This document shows, in pieces, positions 30,871-39,710 of a stretch of DNA of 52,199 nucleotides (positions within the stretch are counted from its first letter, which is position 1; each line of letters begins with the position of its first letter). The notes under the pieces are model-generated. The model had not been told where the DNA came from. It ran no database searches and saw nothing but the letters and a program-made list of their open reading frames with translations. The stretch is from a virus (taxonomy: Duplodnaviria; Caudoviricetes). Both the position numbers and the translations under genes were made by a program. Where the stretch lies: IMG/VR virus record IMGVR_UViG_3300030059_002282, positions 1-52,199 of that record. One strand, 5' to 3'.

Positions 30871-31055
30871 AATCCAATTCCTCTCTCGCTTAACACGGTC
30901 GCTGTTTGTGCCGGTCGCTGTTCACGCTTATAAGCTGACGTGGTTGTATAATCGACAGCGTTTGGGTCGGTCTTATTGTCTTTCTTTTTGTGCAGCACGT
31001 TTTTCAAAATACCTTTCTTACCAAAAGCTGAATAGTCCATTAACATTTTACTCAT
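30867..31055 (-). CDS. Small basic protein, paralog of neighbours
   Basis: MSK...DYTTTSAY...TVL..RG; coupled overlaps. Confidence 0.7.
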   Translation of the reverse strand: MSKMLMDYSAFGKKGILKNVLHKKKDNKTDPNAVDYTTTSAYKREQRPAQTATVLSERGIGL

Positions 31056-31267
31056 CCTAATGTGCCTCGCTGTTCCAGCACTGTTGGCATGGAAGTTGTG
31101 CGTGCACCACGTTTCTTCTCGCGCTCGTAGGCTGAAGTGGTTGTGTAATCCATTGCTCGTGAGTCAGCACTACCCTCACTGAGATCAGGATTGCTGTCTT
31201 TTTTCTTGTCTTTTTTGAATACGTTGGCCGTACTCTTGTGGAAAATCTTCTTGATTGTCTTACTCAT
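31052..31267 (-). CDS. Small basic protein, paralog of neighbours
   Basis: MSK...DYTTTSAY...TVLEQRGTLG. Confidence 0.7.
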   Translation of the reverse strand: MSKTIKKIFHKSTANVFKKDKKKDSNPDLSEGSADSRAMDYTTTSAYEREKKRGARTTSMPTVLEQRGTLG

Positions 31268-31656
31268 GTGCCTCTCCTTTTAGCGAAGTGTGGGCCGTCG
31301 AAATTCTTCCAGAAGCCGCCCCATTTGATTTGGATGCCTAACTGACCTGCCGCCTTGAACATTGCCTTGGCCAGCAGCTTGTAGTGTTCTGGATCGTGAG
31401 ATGTTTCACCGTCAACCCAAGGATATAGGTCCACGGCCAATACACCAGAACCATCAGGGTCTTCTTCCAGATGATCACTGTCCATTGTCCAGCTGACACC
31501 ATTGGTGATGTTAGCGCGTTGCATTTCTTCAGTGCGCTTTGTCTCAATGACCGAGAAGTCGATCTCAGTTAACTCAAAGGCCCGCATGACCAATCTGATG
31601 ATGTCGTCACACCCGCCGTTGAGGTTTGCGCGGGATGCTTTTCCTGGTAAATACAT
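31264..31656 (-). CDS. Endolysin, peptidase M15 (L-Ala-D-Glu endopeptidase-like)
   Basis: RTEEMQ, SDH, AVDL, IKWGGFW...DGPHF zinc-peptidase motifs. Confidence 0.88.
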   Translation of the reverse strand: MYLPGKASRANLNGGCDDIIRLVMRAFELTEIDFSVIETKRTEEMQRANITNGVSWTMDSDHLEEDPDGSGVLAVDLYPWVDGETSHDPEHYKLLAKAMFKAAGQLGIQIKWGGFWKNFDGPHFAKRRGT

Positions 31657-33065
31657 TACGCATACCTCTTTGATTTACCGTAGCTGGATGCACTACGCGG
31701 TCGCTTGAGGATCGTTGGTGGAGTCCAAGGCTTTTCTCGATCCTTCTTGGTAATTCCTGGGAACAACTCAGTTAAAGCCCACACCACGGCATCAGCACGG
31801 TCGGGGGAATTCAAGCCCTGATACCCTGATGTGGTGAACGATTGCATCTGATCCTCAATCTCGGGGAATTGCCCGATATGATGGACCAGACCACGCTCGT
31901 ACAACTGGCTGATCGGCTCGGCCCGAACGATTTTGCCGCGCGAGGCATGAACCAGTCCGACCGGTAAATTTGGATTCTCGGCTTCGAGCGTTGATTGGAC
32001 CATCGCCCCACCGTAGTTTTGTTCAGCAACAATCTTATCGGCTTGGTGCCGGTGGAATGCACTGTTGGTAATGCGAGCCCAGTCCCGTGGACCGAACCGG
32101 CCCGACAGGTCTTCAATCAAATAACCATGACCGTCAGTGCCTAGTCCCACAACCGCAATACCCACTTCATCCGATCTAAAGTCCTCGGGACCGCTGCAAC
32201 CACTCGGGTCAACGGCAATTACCACACGGACAAAATTAGGCAGCACATGGCCCTGATTGATGCGTTGTTGATCCAGCAGTTCTTCGGTCCATAGCGACCC
32301 ATCTGAGTCGTCAGCGAACAGGCCGTAAAGAAATCGTTTCTTCGCCTTGGGTGGTAGTTCCTCAAGGATTTTAATGTACTCAGGCGAGAGGTTTGCTTTG
32401 TTACCACCTGGGTTCATCATCATGTAGGCCAGATTGAACTCATCATCAACAGGCTGGTGTGTTTGGGGGTCTTGCTTCTCAACGAATTGTTGAAATGTCC
32501 AATGGCGTTTGGATGGTGGGTTGAAGTCGTAATAGCATTTCAAACCCAAGTCTCTGGCCGGTGCATCCGGTCCGCCTAATGTTTTGATCTTTTGCGCCAG
32601 TCGGGTTTTAGCCAGTGTGACTGATCCCCACGGTATCTGACTGCACTCATTGAAATAGATCGTGCAAAATTCCTGACCGAGAATTTTCTCCACCCGTTCC
32701 TTGTCGTCCAATCCACTAAACCAAATCTGTGATCCGTTGGCGAACTCATAATACAAGTTGGGTGTTTTGTGCCAGCCTCGTGGATCGTAGAAGCCTTTGG
32801 GGAAGCACAGGTCCATGACCTTGGGGAAGGTATCCTCAACCACGGCAGCTACCAGACTGTTCTGCCGGAACCTGAATACCACATGCCTCGATCCTGGGGC
32901 CAGTTGTGCTCGCATGATGACCGCTCGCATTAACCAGAAAGTCTTACCGGATCGAGCACCACCGCCTAGAGCGCAGTGAGTAGCGCGAGAAGTGAGTATG
33001 TCCTGCGCTTTCACCTGATCAGGTGTAGCCTCAAATGCTGGTGTGTTTGGGTCACTCCATGCCAT
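31656..33065 (-). CDS. terL: Terminase large subunit
   Basis: Walker A GGARSGKT, Walker B-like IYFNE, FNPP, RNase H-like IAVDPS, PDRADA. Confidence 0.92.
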   Translation of the reverse strand: MAWSDPNTPAFEATPDQVKAQDILTSRATHCALGGGARSGKTFWLMRAVIMRAQLAPGSRHVVFRFRQNSLVAAVVEDTFPKVMDLCFPKGFYDPRGWHKTPNLYYEFANGSQIWFSGLDDKERVEKILGQEFCTIYFNECSQIPWGSVTLAKTRLAQKIKTLGGPDAPARDLGLKCYYDFNPPSKRHWTFQQFVEKQDPQTHQPVDDEFNLAYMMMNPGGNKANLSPEYIKILEELPPKAKKRFLYGLFADDSDGSLWTEELLDQQRINQGHVLPNFVRVVIAVDPSGCSGPEDFRSDEVGIAVVGLGTDGHGYLIEDLSGRFGPRDWARITNSAFHRHQADKIVAEQNYGGAMVQSTLEAENPNLPVGLVHASRGKIVRAEPISQLYERGLVHHIGQFPEIEDQMQSFTTSGYQGLNSPDRADAVVWALTELFPGITKKDREKPWTPPTILKRPRSASSYGKSKRYA

Positions 33066-33613
33066 TAGCCAGCCCAACCTAAGGGGTACATTCTACCTTT
33101 GTACTGGATGAACGTTCTAGTGGCCAGAACCTTGCGTCTTGGCTCTAGCTCAACATTAGTCAGCACATCATGGACAACCTGCTGCTCGGTGACCGCATCG
33201 GCCCACACTGTCTCACCAGCTACTGGAATCACAACACGAGGTAGGTTTGCGATATACGACGCCTTTACATCAGCATCAAATACAATGCCGCAGAATGTTT
33301 TTACTCTGTCGGATTCGGTTGAGTAGTCCTGTAATGGGTCGATTGAATACGTACAGTGGTTTGACCGTTCGACCAGCTTGATGTCATCGCCTGTCACTGT
33401 GCAATCGTTACAACTGACCGTCACCGTTAGTTCATCAAATGATAGTTCTTCAATGCGCTCATCAACCCGGGTGTAACTGATGTCATGTCGATATGTAAAC
33501 GCTTTAGCAATCAGCGAACCGTTAACGCATGAGGTTTTATCTGGATGCCCTGAGTTAATGTTAGCGCCATCGCTGCAAATTACCGTGTTATCTTCTAACA
33601 GGTTGATTATCAT
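33065..33613 (-). CDS. Hypothetical protein
   Basis: Likely start MIINLL; stop overlaps the TerL start. Confidence 0.65.
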   Translation of the reverse strand: MIINLLEDNTVICSDGANINSGHPDKTSCVNGSLIAKAFTYRHDISYTRVDERIEELSFDELTVTVSCNDCTVTGDDIKLVERSNHCTYSIDPLQDYSTESDRVKTFCGIVFDADVKASYIANLPRVVIPVAGETVWADAVTEQQVVHDVLTNVELEPRRKVLATRTFIQYKGRMYPLGWAG

Positions 33614-33615
33614 AA

Positions 33616-34110
33616 TTATGCTCCATTGCTCGTACCGGGCGTGATTCCAGCCCATACACCAGCGTTAGCGTTATACCGTAACGTGATCATGTCCAGCACG
33701 TTGTCAAGGGTAAAATTAGCGCCTAGTCTTATATTCCCCGACCCGCTACTGACTACGATTGATCGTGCGCTACTGACTGCGCTAAGCGTAACAATCGCAC
33801 CATCTACACCTCCGTTGATTGTTATAAGAGGATCGGACGATGCTGCCGCTTCTGTGTCTACCCTGTGGTAGCTGCCGGTGACAGTGATTGCCCCCGATGA
33901 AATTGTCAGGTCGCCTTGCGTTGGGAGCTTTAGAAAGCCAACTGTGCCGCTTGTTGTGATGCCGCCTAATGCTGTGATTTGACCACCAACAGCAAGGGTG
34001 CTAGACGTTGTGATAGATTTGGCCGTACCAGCACCCACCATTGCCTTAATGTCGGTGACGGCAGTATCTACCACCGCACCGGTATGCGTACTTTCATATG
34101 GATCAGCCAT
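33616..34110 (-). CDS. Virion-type fibre/decoration protein
   Basis: Ser/Thr/Gly-rich; LTISSGAITVTGSYHRVDTEAAASSD...INGG resembles tailspike C-terminal domains. Confidence 0.6.
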   Translation of the reverse strand: MADPYESTHTGAVVDTAVTDIKAMVGAGTAKSITTSSTLAVGGQITALGGITTSGTVGFLKLPTQGDLTISSGAITVTGSYHRVDTEAAASSDPLITINGGVDGAIVTLSAVSSARSIVVSSGSGNIRLGANFTLDNVLDMITLRYNANAGVWAGITPGTSNGA

Positions 34111-34113
34111 CGT

Positions 34114-34455
34114 CTATCCCCATTCCAATAAATTCACAGAGGTGTTGCTAATGCCACCCACACAGCTAATGGCAGTCACACCGCGCAAGTGACTAATCAA
34201 TCGTTCCTGACCAGCTGGTAAAAAAATTGAGGAACCGGTCGTTTGCTCGGTGGTAGGGGCGGCTGCTGTCGCATCAAACTCATACCAAATATCTTGGTCG
34301 GCCTGTATGCGAGCCACATTGGTGTCAGCTGTCAGGGTGATGGACTCAGCTGTCGTTGCTGTGCCTAAAAACAGAGTTTGGATCACAGCTTCAGATTCGT
34401 TGGGTGCGTGGACCTGACCATCTGGTGTGACGTAGGGTTTTAATAATTCAGTCAT
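34114..34455 (-). CDS. Putative small virion beta-sandwich protein
   Basis: VARIQADQDIWYEF...SIFLPAG pattern. Confidence 0.55.
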   Translation of the reverse strand: MTELLKPYVTPDGQVHAPNESEAVIQTLFLGTATTAESITLTADTNVARIQADQDIWYEFDATAAAPTTEQTTGSSIFLPAGQERLISHLRGVTAISCVGGISNTSVNLLEWG

Positions 34456-34571
34456 GATATTTTTTCCTGGGGTCGTTTTGACATGCGAGAAAGCTGTTGG
34501 GCGTGCGGATTGTATATAGCCGGCCGACGAAGGGTCGCGGGTCTGTCAGCGGGGGGTGGGGGGGTCATCAT
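34452..34571 (-). CDS. 39-aa Pro-rich mini-ORF (not in ORF track)
   Basis: MMTPPPPADRPATLRRPAIYNPHAQQLSRMSKRPQEKIS; ATGA overlaps at both ends. Confidence 0.4.
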   Translation of the reverse strand: MMTPPPPADRPATLRRPAIYNPHAQQLSRMSKRPQEKIS

Positions 34572-34726
34572 GCTGTCACCAGAAAACGCTGACCGCCTGA
34601 CGTGTAGAAATCCTGACCGCCTGACGCTATGAACTGTGATAGCACTCTGACGGTACGGACTGATGCCCTGTAATTCCGTCGGAGCCGTGTCTGTCGCTGT
34701 CTGTCCATGCGTCGTTGAGCCTTCAT
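34568..34726 (-). CDS. 52-aa Arg-rich protein (not in ORF track)
   Basis: MKAQRRMDRQRQTRLRRNY...FIASGGQDFYTSGGQRFLVTA; ATGA overlap with the TerS stop. Confidence 0.55.
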   Translation of the reverse strand: MKAQRRMDRQRQTRLRRNYRASVRTVRVLSQFIASGGQDFYTSGGQRFLVTA

Positions 34727-35106
34727 AGCAACGTATCCTTACCGATGATGTTGATGGTCACAGCCTCAAGCTCAACCACCTGTTTGTCCGTGTAACCCAT
34801 GTTCTTCAGCATGAATATAGGGCCTGCACCGTTGGATTTCATGGCTCTTTCGACGGTAGCTAGCTCAACTCTCAGCTTGGCTTTTTTTATCGTGCCAGCT
34901 AGAGATTTGTACACCTGCTCGTTGACCGACCCATCAGCTTTACGCTGATAGTCGTTGAGAGCGTCACGGCTCTGAAACCCAAGCCCATAAGCGAGTCCAG
35001 CCATTGTAGGCGGTGCTTCACGAGCAACACAGTCATCGAAGTAGAGGTCAATCATGACCTGCATCGTCTCTGGATCTTCATATAGTGGCTTTTTCATAGT
35101 CAACAA
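34723..35106 (-). CDS. terS: Terminase small subunit (P22 gp3-like DNA-packaging protein)
   Basis: IDLYF...PPTMAGLAYGLGFQSRDALNDY...IFMLKNMGYTDK. Confidence 0.8.
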   Translation of the reverse strand: MLTMKKPLYEDPETMQVMIDLYFDDCVAREAPPTMAGLAYGLGFQSRDALNDYQRKADGSVNEQVYKSLAGTIKKAKLRVELATVERAMKSNGAGPIFMLKNMGYTDKQVVELEAVTINIIGKDTLL

Positions 35107-35540
35107 TCCTATCAGAATGCCTAAATACCCCCAACACCCTCCACTTACCCTGCATATTCACAAATCGGTGGGTACTCCACACCATGCATTCTAACTACCT
35201 CTCAACCCTTCTTAACCCAATACCCTCAATAATATATATATCAGTATAATATACAGTAAGTGAGTGGGTGATAGCAGGCAGCGGCACACAGTGCTATCAC
35301 CCCCTGTTTTGTGCTGAGTATAGGAAATCGAAGGGTAGCCGGTTAAAAACGCTACAACCCGCATATTCAGGGGCCTCCAGACTACCCTGTAGTGGTGGGT
35401 ATATACAGGGTAAATCAGGGGTATTTGCTCCATATTCGCTTGCTATCATGCTTTTGCTTGCAATCAGCTATCAAGCAAGTGCTTGCAATCACCCCCCCTT
35501 GCATGCAATCATGCTCAACCCTGCTATCAAGGACCACCGC
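35107..35540. promoter_or_regulatory. Divergent late/early control region with inverted repeats and GCTATCA motifs; candidate origin or genome-end region
   Basis: Strand switch; AT tract 35228-35253; inverted repeats 35266-35276/35292-35302 and 35383-35391/35404-35412. Confidence 0.55.
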
Positions 35541-35542
35541 AC

Positions 35543-35674
35543 ATGGACCATTGCATCATTACAATAAATAACATGATCCACAAACATCGCACTAAACTCA
35601 TCATAGCCGCAGCACTGGGCGACATGTTCGTCATCACGGTAACCATTTGGGCAATCTGGAGCATTTGTATATGA
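35543..35674 (+). CDS. Small membrane peptide
   Basis: agga RBS before ATG 35543; hydrophobic C-terminus; ATGA overlap with the next gene. Confidence 0.45.
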   Translation: MDHCIITINNMIHKHRTKLIIAAALGDMFVITVTIWAIWSICI

Positions 35675-36384
35675 GCGGCAACCGTATCGAACCAAGAGTG
35701 TTAATAGGCTGTGAATTCAGACAGACCACCATGTCAGCATTCATGGATGCAGGCTTTGACACCTACAGCTGTGACATCCTCCCATGTGAAGGGCCATATC
35801 CCGACCGACACTTTCAATGTGATGTGCAGGGCGTGCTCACCGGGCAATGGGATTTGATCATACTGGCACACCCACCATGCACCAGACTCTGCAACAGTGG
35901 CGTCAGATGGCTCGACGGACCGCCTAAAAACCCACCGGCTGACAGCACACCTGAGCAAGCGGCAGCATGGCCGACACTGGACCACGAGTCCAAGAAAGCC
36001 ATCATGTGGCAGCACCTCGACCAAGGTGCTGAACTGTTCGGCTTATTTCTCAACGCTGACTGCCCATTCATCTGCATTGAGAACCCTGTCATGCACAAAC
36101 ACGCTAAGGCTCGCATTACCAACTATGTCGAGTTCTCCCAGTCCGTTCAGCCGTGGCAGTACGGGCACGATGAAACCAAGCGCACATGCTTCTGGCTCAA
36201 AGGCCTACCCAATCTCGTACCGGATGTGTCCATCAAGCCGGAGACAGTCAATAACCGCGTTCACTCACTCGGACCAAGCGCGGATCGGTGGAAGGAACGC
36301 AGCAAATTTTTCTCGGGCATTGCCAACGCAATGGTCAATCAATGGGGTCCGATTCTGGACCAATATCAGGAGCAACAAGCATGA
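35671..36384 (+). CDS. Putative C5-cytosine DNA methyltransferase (short phage type)
   Basis: VLIGCE, YSCDI, WDLIILAHPPCTRL, IENPV, QPWQYGH, KRTCFWLKGLP. Confidence 0.75.
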   Translation: MSGNRIEPRVLIGCEFRQTTMSAFMDAGFDTYSCDILPCEGPYPDRHFQCDVQGVLTGQWDLIILAHPPCTRLCNSGVRWLDGPPKNPPADSTPEQAAAWPTLDHESKKAIMWQHLDQGAELFGLFLNADCPFICIENPVMHKHAKARITNYVEFSQSVQPWQYGHDETKRTCFWLKGLPNLVPDVSIKPETVNNRVHSLGPSADRWKERSKFFSGIANAMVNQWGPILDQYQEQQA

Positions 36385-36671
36385 GCACATCAACTTCAGT
36401 ACGGCCAACCAGCCGTGGTGTGAGAATCTGGATCGAGGGCAAACAGCTCACCGAAGCAGGCTTCACCAAGGGCCAGCCATACACCCGCACCATCACCCAG
36501 TCCTACATCATCTTTGCCCTAAGCAATAGCGGCAAGCTCAAGGTGGCAGGCTCACCAGCCCGACCGATTATCGACTTCAGCGCAAAGCAAATTGAAGGCT
36601 TCCCACTGGGCACCCAGCTGCTGGTCACATACCAGCCCAACCTCATCACCATCGAGCGAGTAACCGTATGA
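36381..36671 (+). CDS. AbrB/SymE-like swapped-hairpin protein
   Basis: RIWIEGKQLTEAGF...G and a second PIIDF...V..QPNLITI half; start ATG 36381 after ggag. Confidence 0.55.
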   Translation: MSTSTSVRPTSRGVRIWIEGKQLTEAGFTKGQPYTRTITQSYIIFALSNSGKLKVAGSPARPIIDFSAKQIEGFPLGTQLLVTYQPNLITIERVTV

Positions 36672-36868
36672 AAATTATCCTGAATACATACGAAAACAAA
36701 GAGCGTGGTTTCGCTGTAAAAGTTATTACATGTAATAAGAAAATAGTAACAGCCGAAGACATAAGCACAGGGGAGACTGTAAAGTTTAACCGGAGTAAAT
36801 TCGAGTGGATGATTCGTAAAGGCATTTTTTTTGAAGTTGCCGAATCAGCATCGAGCGAAAACAGCTAA
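36668..36868 (+). CDS. Hypothetical protein (AT-rich)
   Basis: 66 aa, ATGA overlap. Confidence 0.65.
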   Translation: MKIILNTYENKERGFAVKVITCNKKIVTAEDISTGETVKFNRSKFEWMIRKGIFFEVAESASSENS

Positions 36869-36881
36869 TTCAAACTAAAAA

Positions 36882-37130
36882 ATGGTGAATCTTATGTCAG
36901 TAACAGTAACAGAAAACGGAACAGACAACGGTACTCGCTGGATCGAGCTTAGCGGCACTGATAGCGGCACCGGCATAGAGTTTGGTGGCGATGTTTTCGG
37001 GATTGATGGCCGGAGGGTACTGGATTGCGACGGATCGCCCCTAAACGATGGCGACCATGAAACAATCGCGGTAAAAAACTCGGTGCGAACGCCGCCCAAC
37101 CTCATCACTATCGAGAGAGCAACCGTATGA
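36882..37130 (+). CDS. Hypothetical protein
   Basis: 82 aa; ends in the duplicated PNLITIERATV. Confidence 0.6.
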   Translation: MVNLMSVTVTENGTDNGTRWIELSGTDSGTGIEFGGDVFGIDGRRVLDCDGSPLNDGDHETIAVKNSVRTPPNLITIERATV

Positions 37131-37179
37131 ACAAACAAGCCATAGCACTACAGCAAGTCCCACAGGAGTTACACCCACT

Positions 37180-37545
37180 ATGAAAATCAAAGGCATCACC
37201 AAGCAACAACTCACCGAGGTCATCAACCTGGGTGCAGACAATATAATTTTCAACCGCCACCCTGGGTGTGAAGGTAAATTTTTGCACTTCACGCTGCGCG
37301 TAACTGACTCGAAAGGACCGTTCGCCAAACAGTCAGCCACGGGCCGACGATCCACCAGCCTATGCTGGCACGGTCACAGGGACGTGATGGAGGCGATCTT
37401 TGACCTCAACCCTGATGCACTGCTCGTCACTGCAATGGCTCGCTACGAGGGCCGGAGCAGCTTCAACGAGCTGTTTGCCGACACCGGTATGACTAACGTC
37501 GGAATGGGTGTCAGCTATCAAGACTGCTGTGAGTGCGAGGATTAG
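37180..37545 (+). CDS. Hypothetical protein
   Basis: aggag RBS; CWHGH motif and C-terminal Cys cluster. Confidence 0.7.
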   Translation: MKIKGITKQQLTEVINLGADNIIFNRHPGCEGKFLHFTLRVTDSKGPFAKQSATGRRSTSLCWHGHRDVMEAIFDLNPDALLVTAMARYEGRSSFNELFADTGMTNVGMGVSYQDCCECED

Positions 37546-37579
37546 TAGACCACTGGACAGGATCACAATCGGAGAACGA

Positions 37580-37793
37580 CATGAACATCGACACGCCTAA
37601 CGGAATGCTCGCTGCCTGTGCATGGACGCAGGCATTAATTGACAATATGAAGGACGGTGGACGGTGGGCTATACCTCGCTCACGTTGCATTGTCACCTTC
37701 AACAAAAAGGACCACACTTTCACCATGACCGGCGAAGGTGTGGACACAGCAACCTGTAGAGTAATGGAGGCATTAGGATGGCAGGAATCATAA
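37580..37793 (+). CDS. Hypothetical protein
   Basis: Likely start MNIDTP near 37581 after ggaga. Confidence 0.6.
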
Positions 37794-38044
37794 GTGTGCG
37801 CGCAGAGATTTACGACTTCGGCCATGACATATATGGCAACCCCACGAGCCACTTCACGCTGTGGAGGGACGTCACAGTGATTCACCGCACCAAGCGAAGG
37901 GTGCAATGTGGATACGGCTCAGATCGGGCTGACGGGGCACTGTGGAAAGCCATCGCAGTCACCGCCCACGATCTAAAACTTATCAGCTTTGAGGGTGACC
38001 GATCCGCTGGTTTAATTACTGCAACTTTTGGAGTAAACAAATGA
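37778..38044 (+). CDS. Hypothetical protein
   Basis: ggagg RBS, operon continuity. Confidence 0.6.
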   Translation: MAGIISVRAEIYDFGHDIYGNPTSHFTLWRDVTVIHRTKRRVQCGYGSDRADGALWKAIAVTAHDLKLISFEGDRSAGLITATFGVNK

Positions 38045-38292
38045 TAGACGAACATCTAAACGCGAGCTTGTTGCTTGAAAGAATGGCCCGTGCACAACTG
38101 GAAGTAACCCAACTGACAAAAAAATTAACCCGATCTCTCGCTTTAGAGCGGCTGATTCCTAACGTTTTCCATGATGGCGCAATTAGTACTCACTGGACTG
38201 GTCAATTTGACCGAAGGGAATTAATCATCAAAAGGGGTAACGGAACGGTTCATGTAGTCAAATTTGATGATGTTCCATGGGAGTTACGATAA
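38041..38292 (+). CDS. Hypothetical protein
   Basis: ggag RBS, ATGA overlap. Confidence 0.6.
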   Translation: MIDEHLNASLLLERMARAQLEVTQLTKKLTRSLALERLIPNVFHDGAISTHWTGQFDRRELIIKRGNGTVHVVKFDDVPWELR

Positions 38293-38570
38293 TGAGTATA
38301 AAAGTGACAGATGCAAACGGTAACGTACTGGGCGATGGTGATTTTACCAAGGCCATGCTGCAATCATACGCCGATCTAAAGTGCACGGTGCTCACACTGA
38401 CCGACTCAACGACGGGTGATGTGACTGGGACCATTGAACCCAAGCGCAGGGCCGTTAACGCCTATGGGTTCGAACGAGTGCCTGCAATGGTGAGAGTGCA
38501 TCCCGACGACAAGCAATCGATCTACGATGCCGCCTTGATGCTTAACCAAATCAGAAAGGCGCAAAGCTAA
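38292..38570 (+). CDS. Hypothetical protein
   Basis: Likely start MSIKV at the TAATG overlap; last plus-strand early gene. Confidence 0.6.
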   Translation: MSIKVTDANGNVLGDGDFTKAMLQSYADLKCTVLTLTDSTTGDVTGTIEPKRRAVNAYGFERVPAMVRVHPDDKQSIYDAALMLNQIRKAQS

Positions 38571-38938
38571 ACCCAAAAGAAGAAGGGCCGGTCTGCTATA
38601 TCGCGGTCGGCCCAGTACTTCGCGTCGATCTCCATTACGTGAAGCTCATAAGATCGGCCCGCCTTGAGCCACTCATATAAATACTCAGCGTGAAAAAATA
38701 AGTAACTTAGCGCCAACCATTCTAGTGGAAGCCGGAGCACCCACACGGCGAACACCATTACCGGTATGGCTAGCGTCAGAATTTCCAACCACTGGATCAT
38801 GTGCACAGTCTCATGCTTGATCGTCAGATCGACGTGTGGCCCATCGCGGTACACGATGATGAACGGGAAGAACCATGCAATGCCAACATTACCAAAAATT
38901 TTAAACGGTACTTTTATTACTGGGAATTTAAATTTCAT
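38567..38938 (-). CDS. Membrane-associated HExxH zincin-like protein
   Basis: IKHETVHMIQ...MEIDA plus a hydrophobic segment. Confidence 0.6.
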   Translation of the reverse strand: MKFKFPVIKVPFKIFGNVGIAWFFPFIIVYRDGPHVDLTIKHETVHMIQWLEILTLAIPVMVFAVWVLRLPLEWLALSYLFFHAEYLYEWLKAGRSYELHVMEIDAKYWADRDIADRPFFFWV

Positions 38939-39261
38939 TATCCACTCCTTGGTGTTTCCATCATGCCTTGATACTGACGCTCTTGGTCAATGGTCCAGCT
39001 GTTTGGATCGGTCAGGTGATGGTCACAACCAAGCACTGAGCCTTTCCGGTGAGGGAACGGTATCGCGTAACAATTACACCGTTCCTGGGTTTCTAATTCA
39101 CGACGACGTTGACCCTCACAGCTGTGCACATTGGCGCAGCAGATCGGACACTCAATCATATCAAGCCGGAGGGGTTTACGCTTCGAAGTAAAGCGGTGAC
39201 GGCACTTGCTAGAATTGCATCGCACCCTGTGCCGGTATCTCGTGTTGCCACTGCCAGCCAT
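38938..39261 (-). CDS. Cys/His-rich Zn-binding protein
   Basis: CNSSKC, CPIC, CNC...PH.KGS..C. Confidence 0.6.
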   Translation of the reverse strand: MAGSGNTRYRHRVRCNSSKCRHRFTSKRKPLRLDMIECPICCANVHSCEGQRRRELETQERCNCYAIPFPHRKGSVLGCDHHLTDPNSWTIDQERQYQGMMETPRSG

Positions 39262-39710
39262 TATCCATCACTCCCTTTATCTGCTTTGTATATGTCTAGA
39301 TCAGCACCAGCACTACGGTAGCCTTCATCAAATGATTCGTAGTGATCGTAATCACCTTCAAGATGTTCGATTCGTTTCTCTAGAATCTTTATTTGTGCAG
39401 GGTTTTTGTTCAACTGCTCCCGCATAGCATCACGCTCATCGGTTAAACGCCTAACTTCTGCATCGTGAACTGGCGGTAAATGCATACACCACGAGGTGAA
39501 ACGCTCGTAAACGTCAGCGGGCACATTGTCAGCTCCAATCCGCAGATACTCGTCACCGTTGCTGTCGTAAAACACTGTGTCTCTGGAGGACCCTTCTATA
39601 ACCATGATCGGGGATTGGTTCAGTTCCTTTAGGTGTATTCCGTTAACCTCGTCACAATCCGAAACGCAGAAATCAGTCTTTGATCCGTGTTCTTTGCAGT
39701 AGTTACTCAT
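39261..39710 (-). CDS. Hypothetical accessory protein with coiled-coil C-terminus
   Basis: AEVRRLTDE...AMREQL; ends DKGSDG. Confidence 0.65.
   Translation of the reverse strand: MSNYCKEHGSKTDFCVSDCDEVNGIHLKELNQSPIMVIEGSSRDTVFYDSNGDEYLRIGADNVPADVYERFTSWCMHLPPVHDAEVRRLTDERDAMREQLNKNPAQIKILEKRIEHLEGDYDHYESFDEGYRSAGADLDIYKADKGSDG

Larger units (their letters stand above)
36635..37131 (+). repeat. 38-bp gene-end direct repeat (36635-36672 and 37094-37131; 35/38 identical)
   Basis: gcccaacctcatcacYatcgagMgagYaaccgtatgaa; encodes PNLITIER(V/A)TV-stop plus the next ATG. Confidence 0.9.

Noticed and set aside
34532-34564. G-quadruplex
   Set aside because: Four G-tracts are present, but they are explicable as Pro-rich codons on the coding strand; no independent support
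34589-34626. Tandem ctgaccgcctgacg as operator or pac repeats
   Set aside because: Explained as coding for SGGQ twice in the 52-aa ORF 34568-34726
35212-35567. ORFs in the divergent control region
   Set aside because: No convincing RBS or motifs; they overlap repeat-rich regulatory DNA
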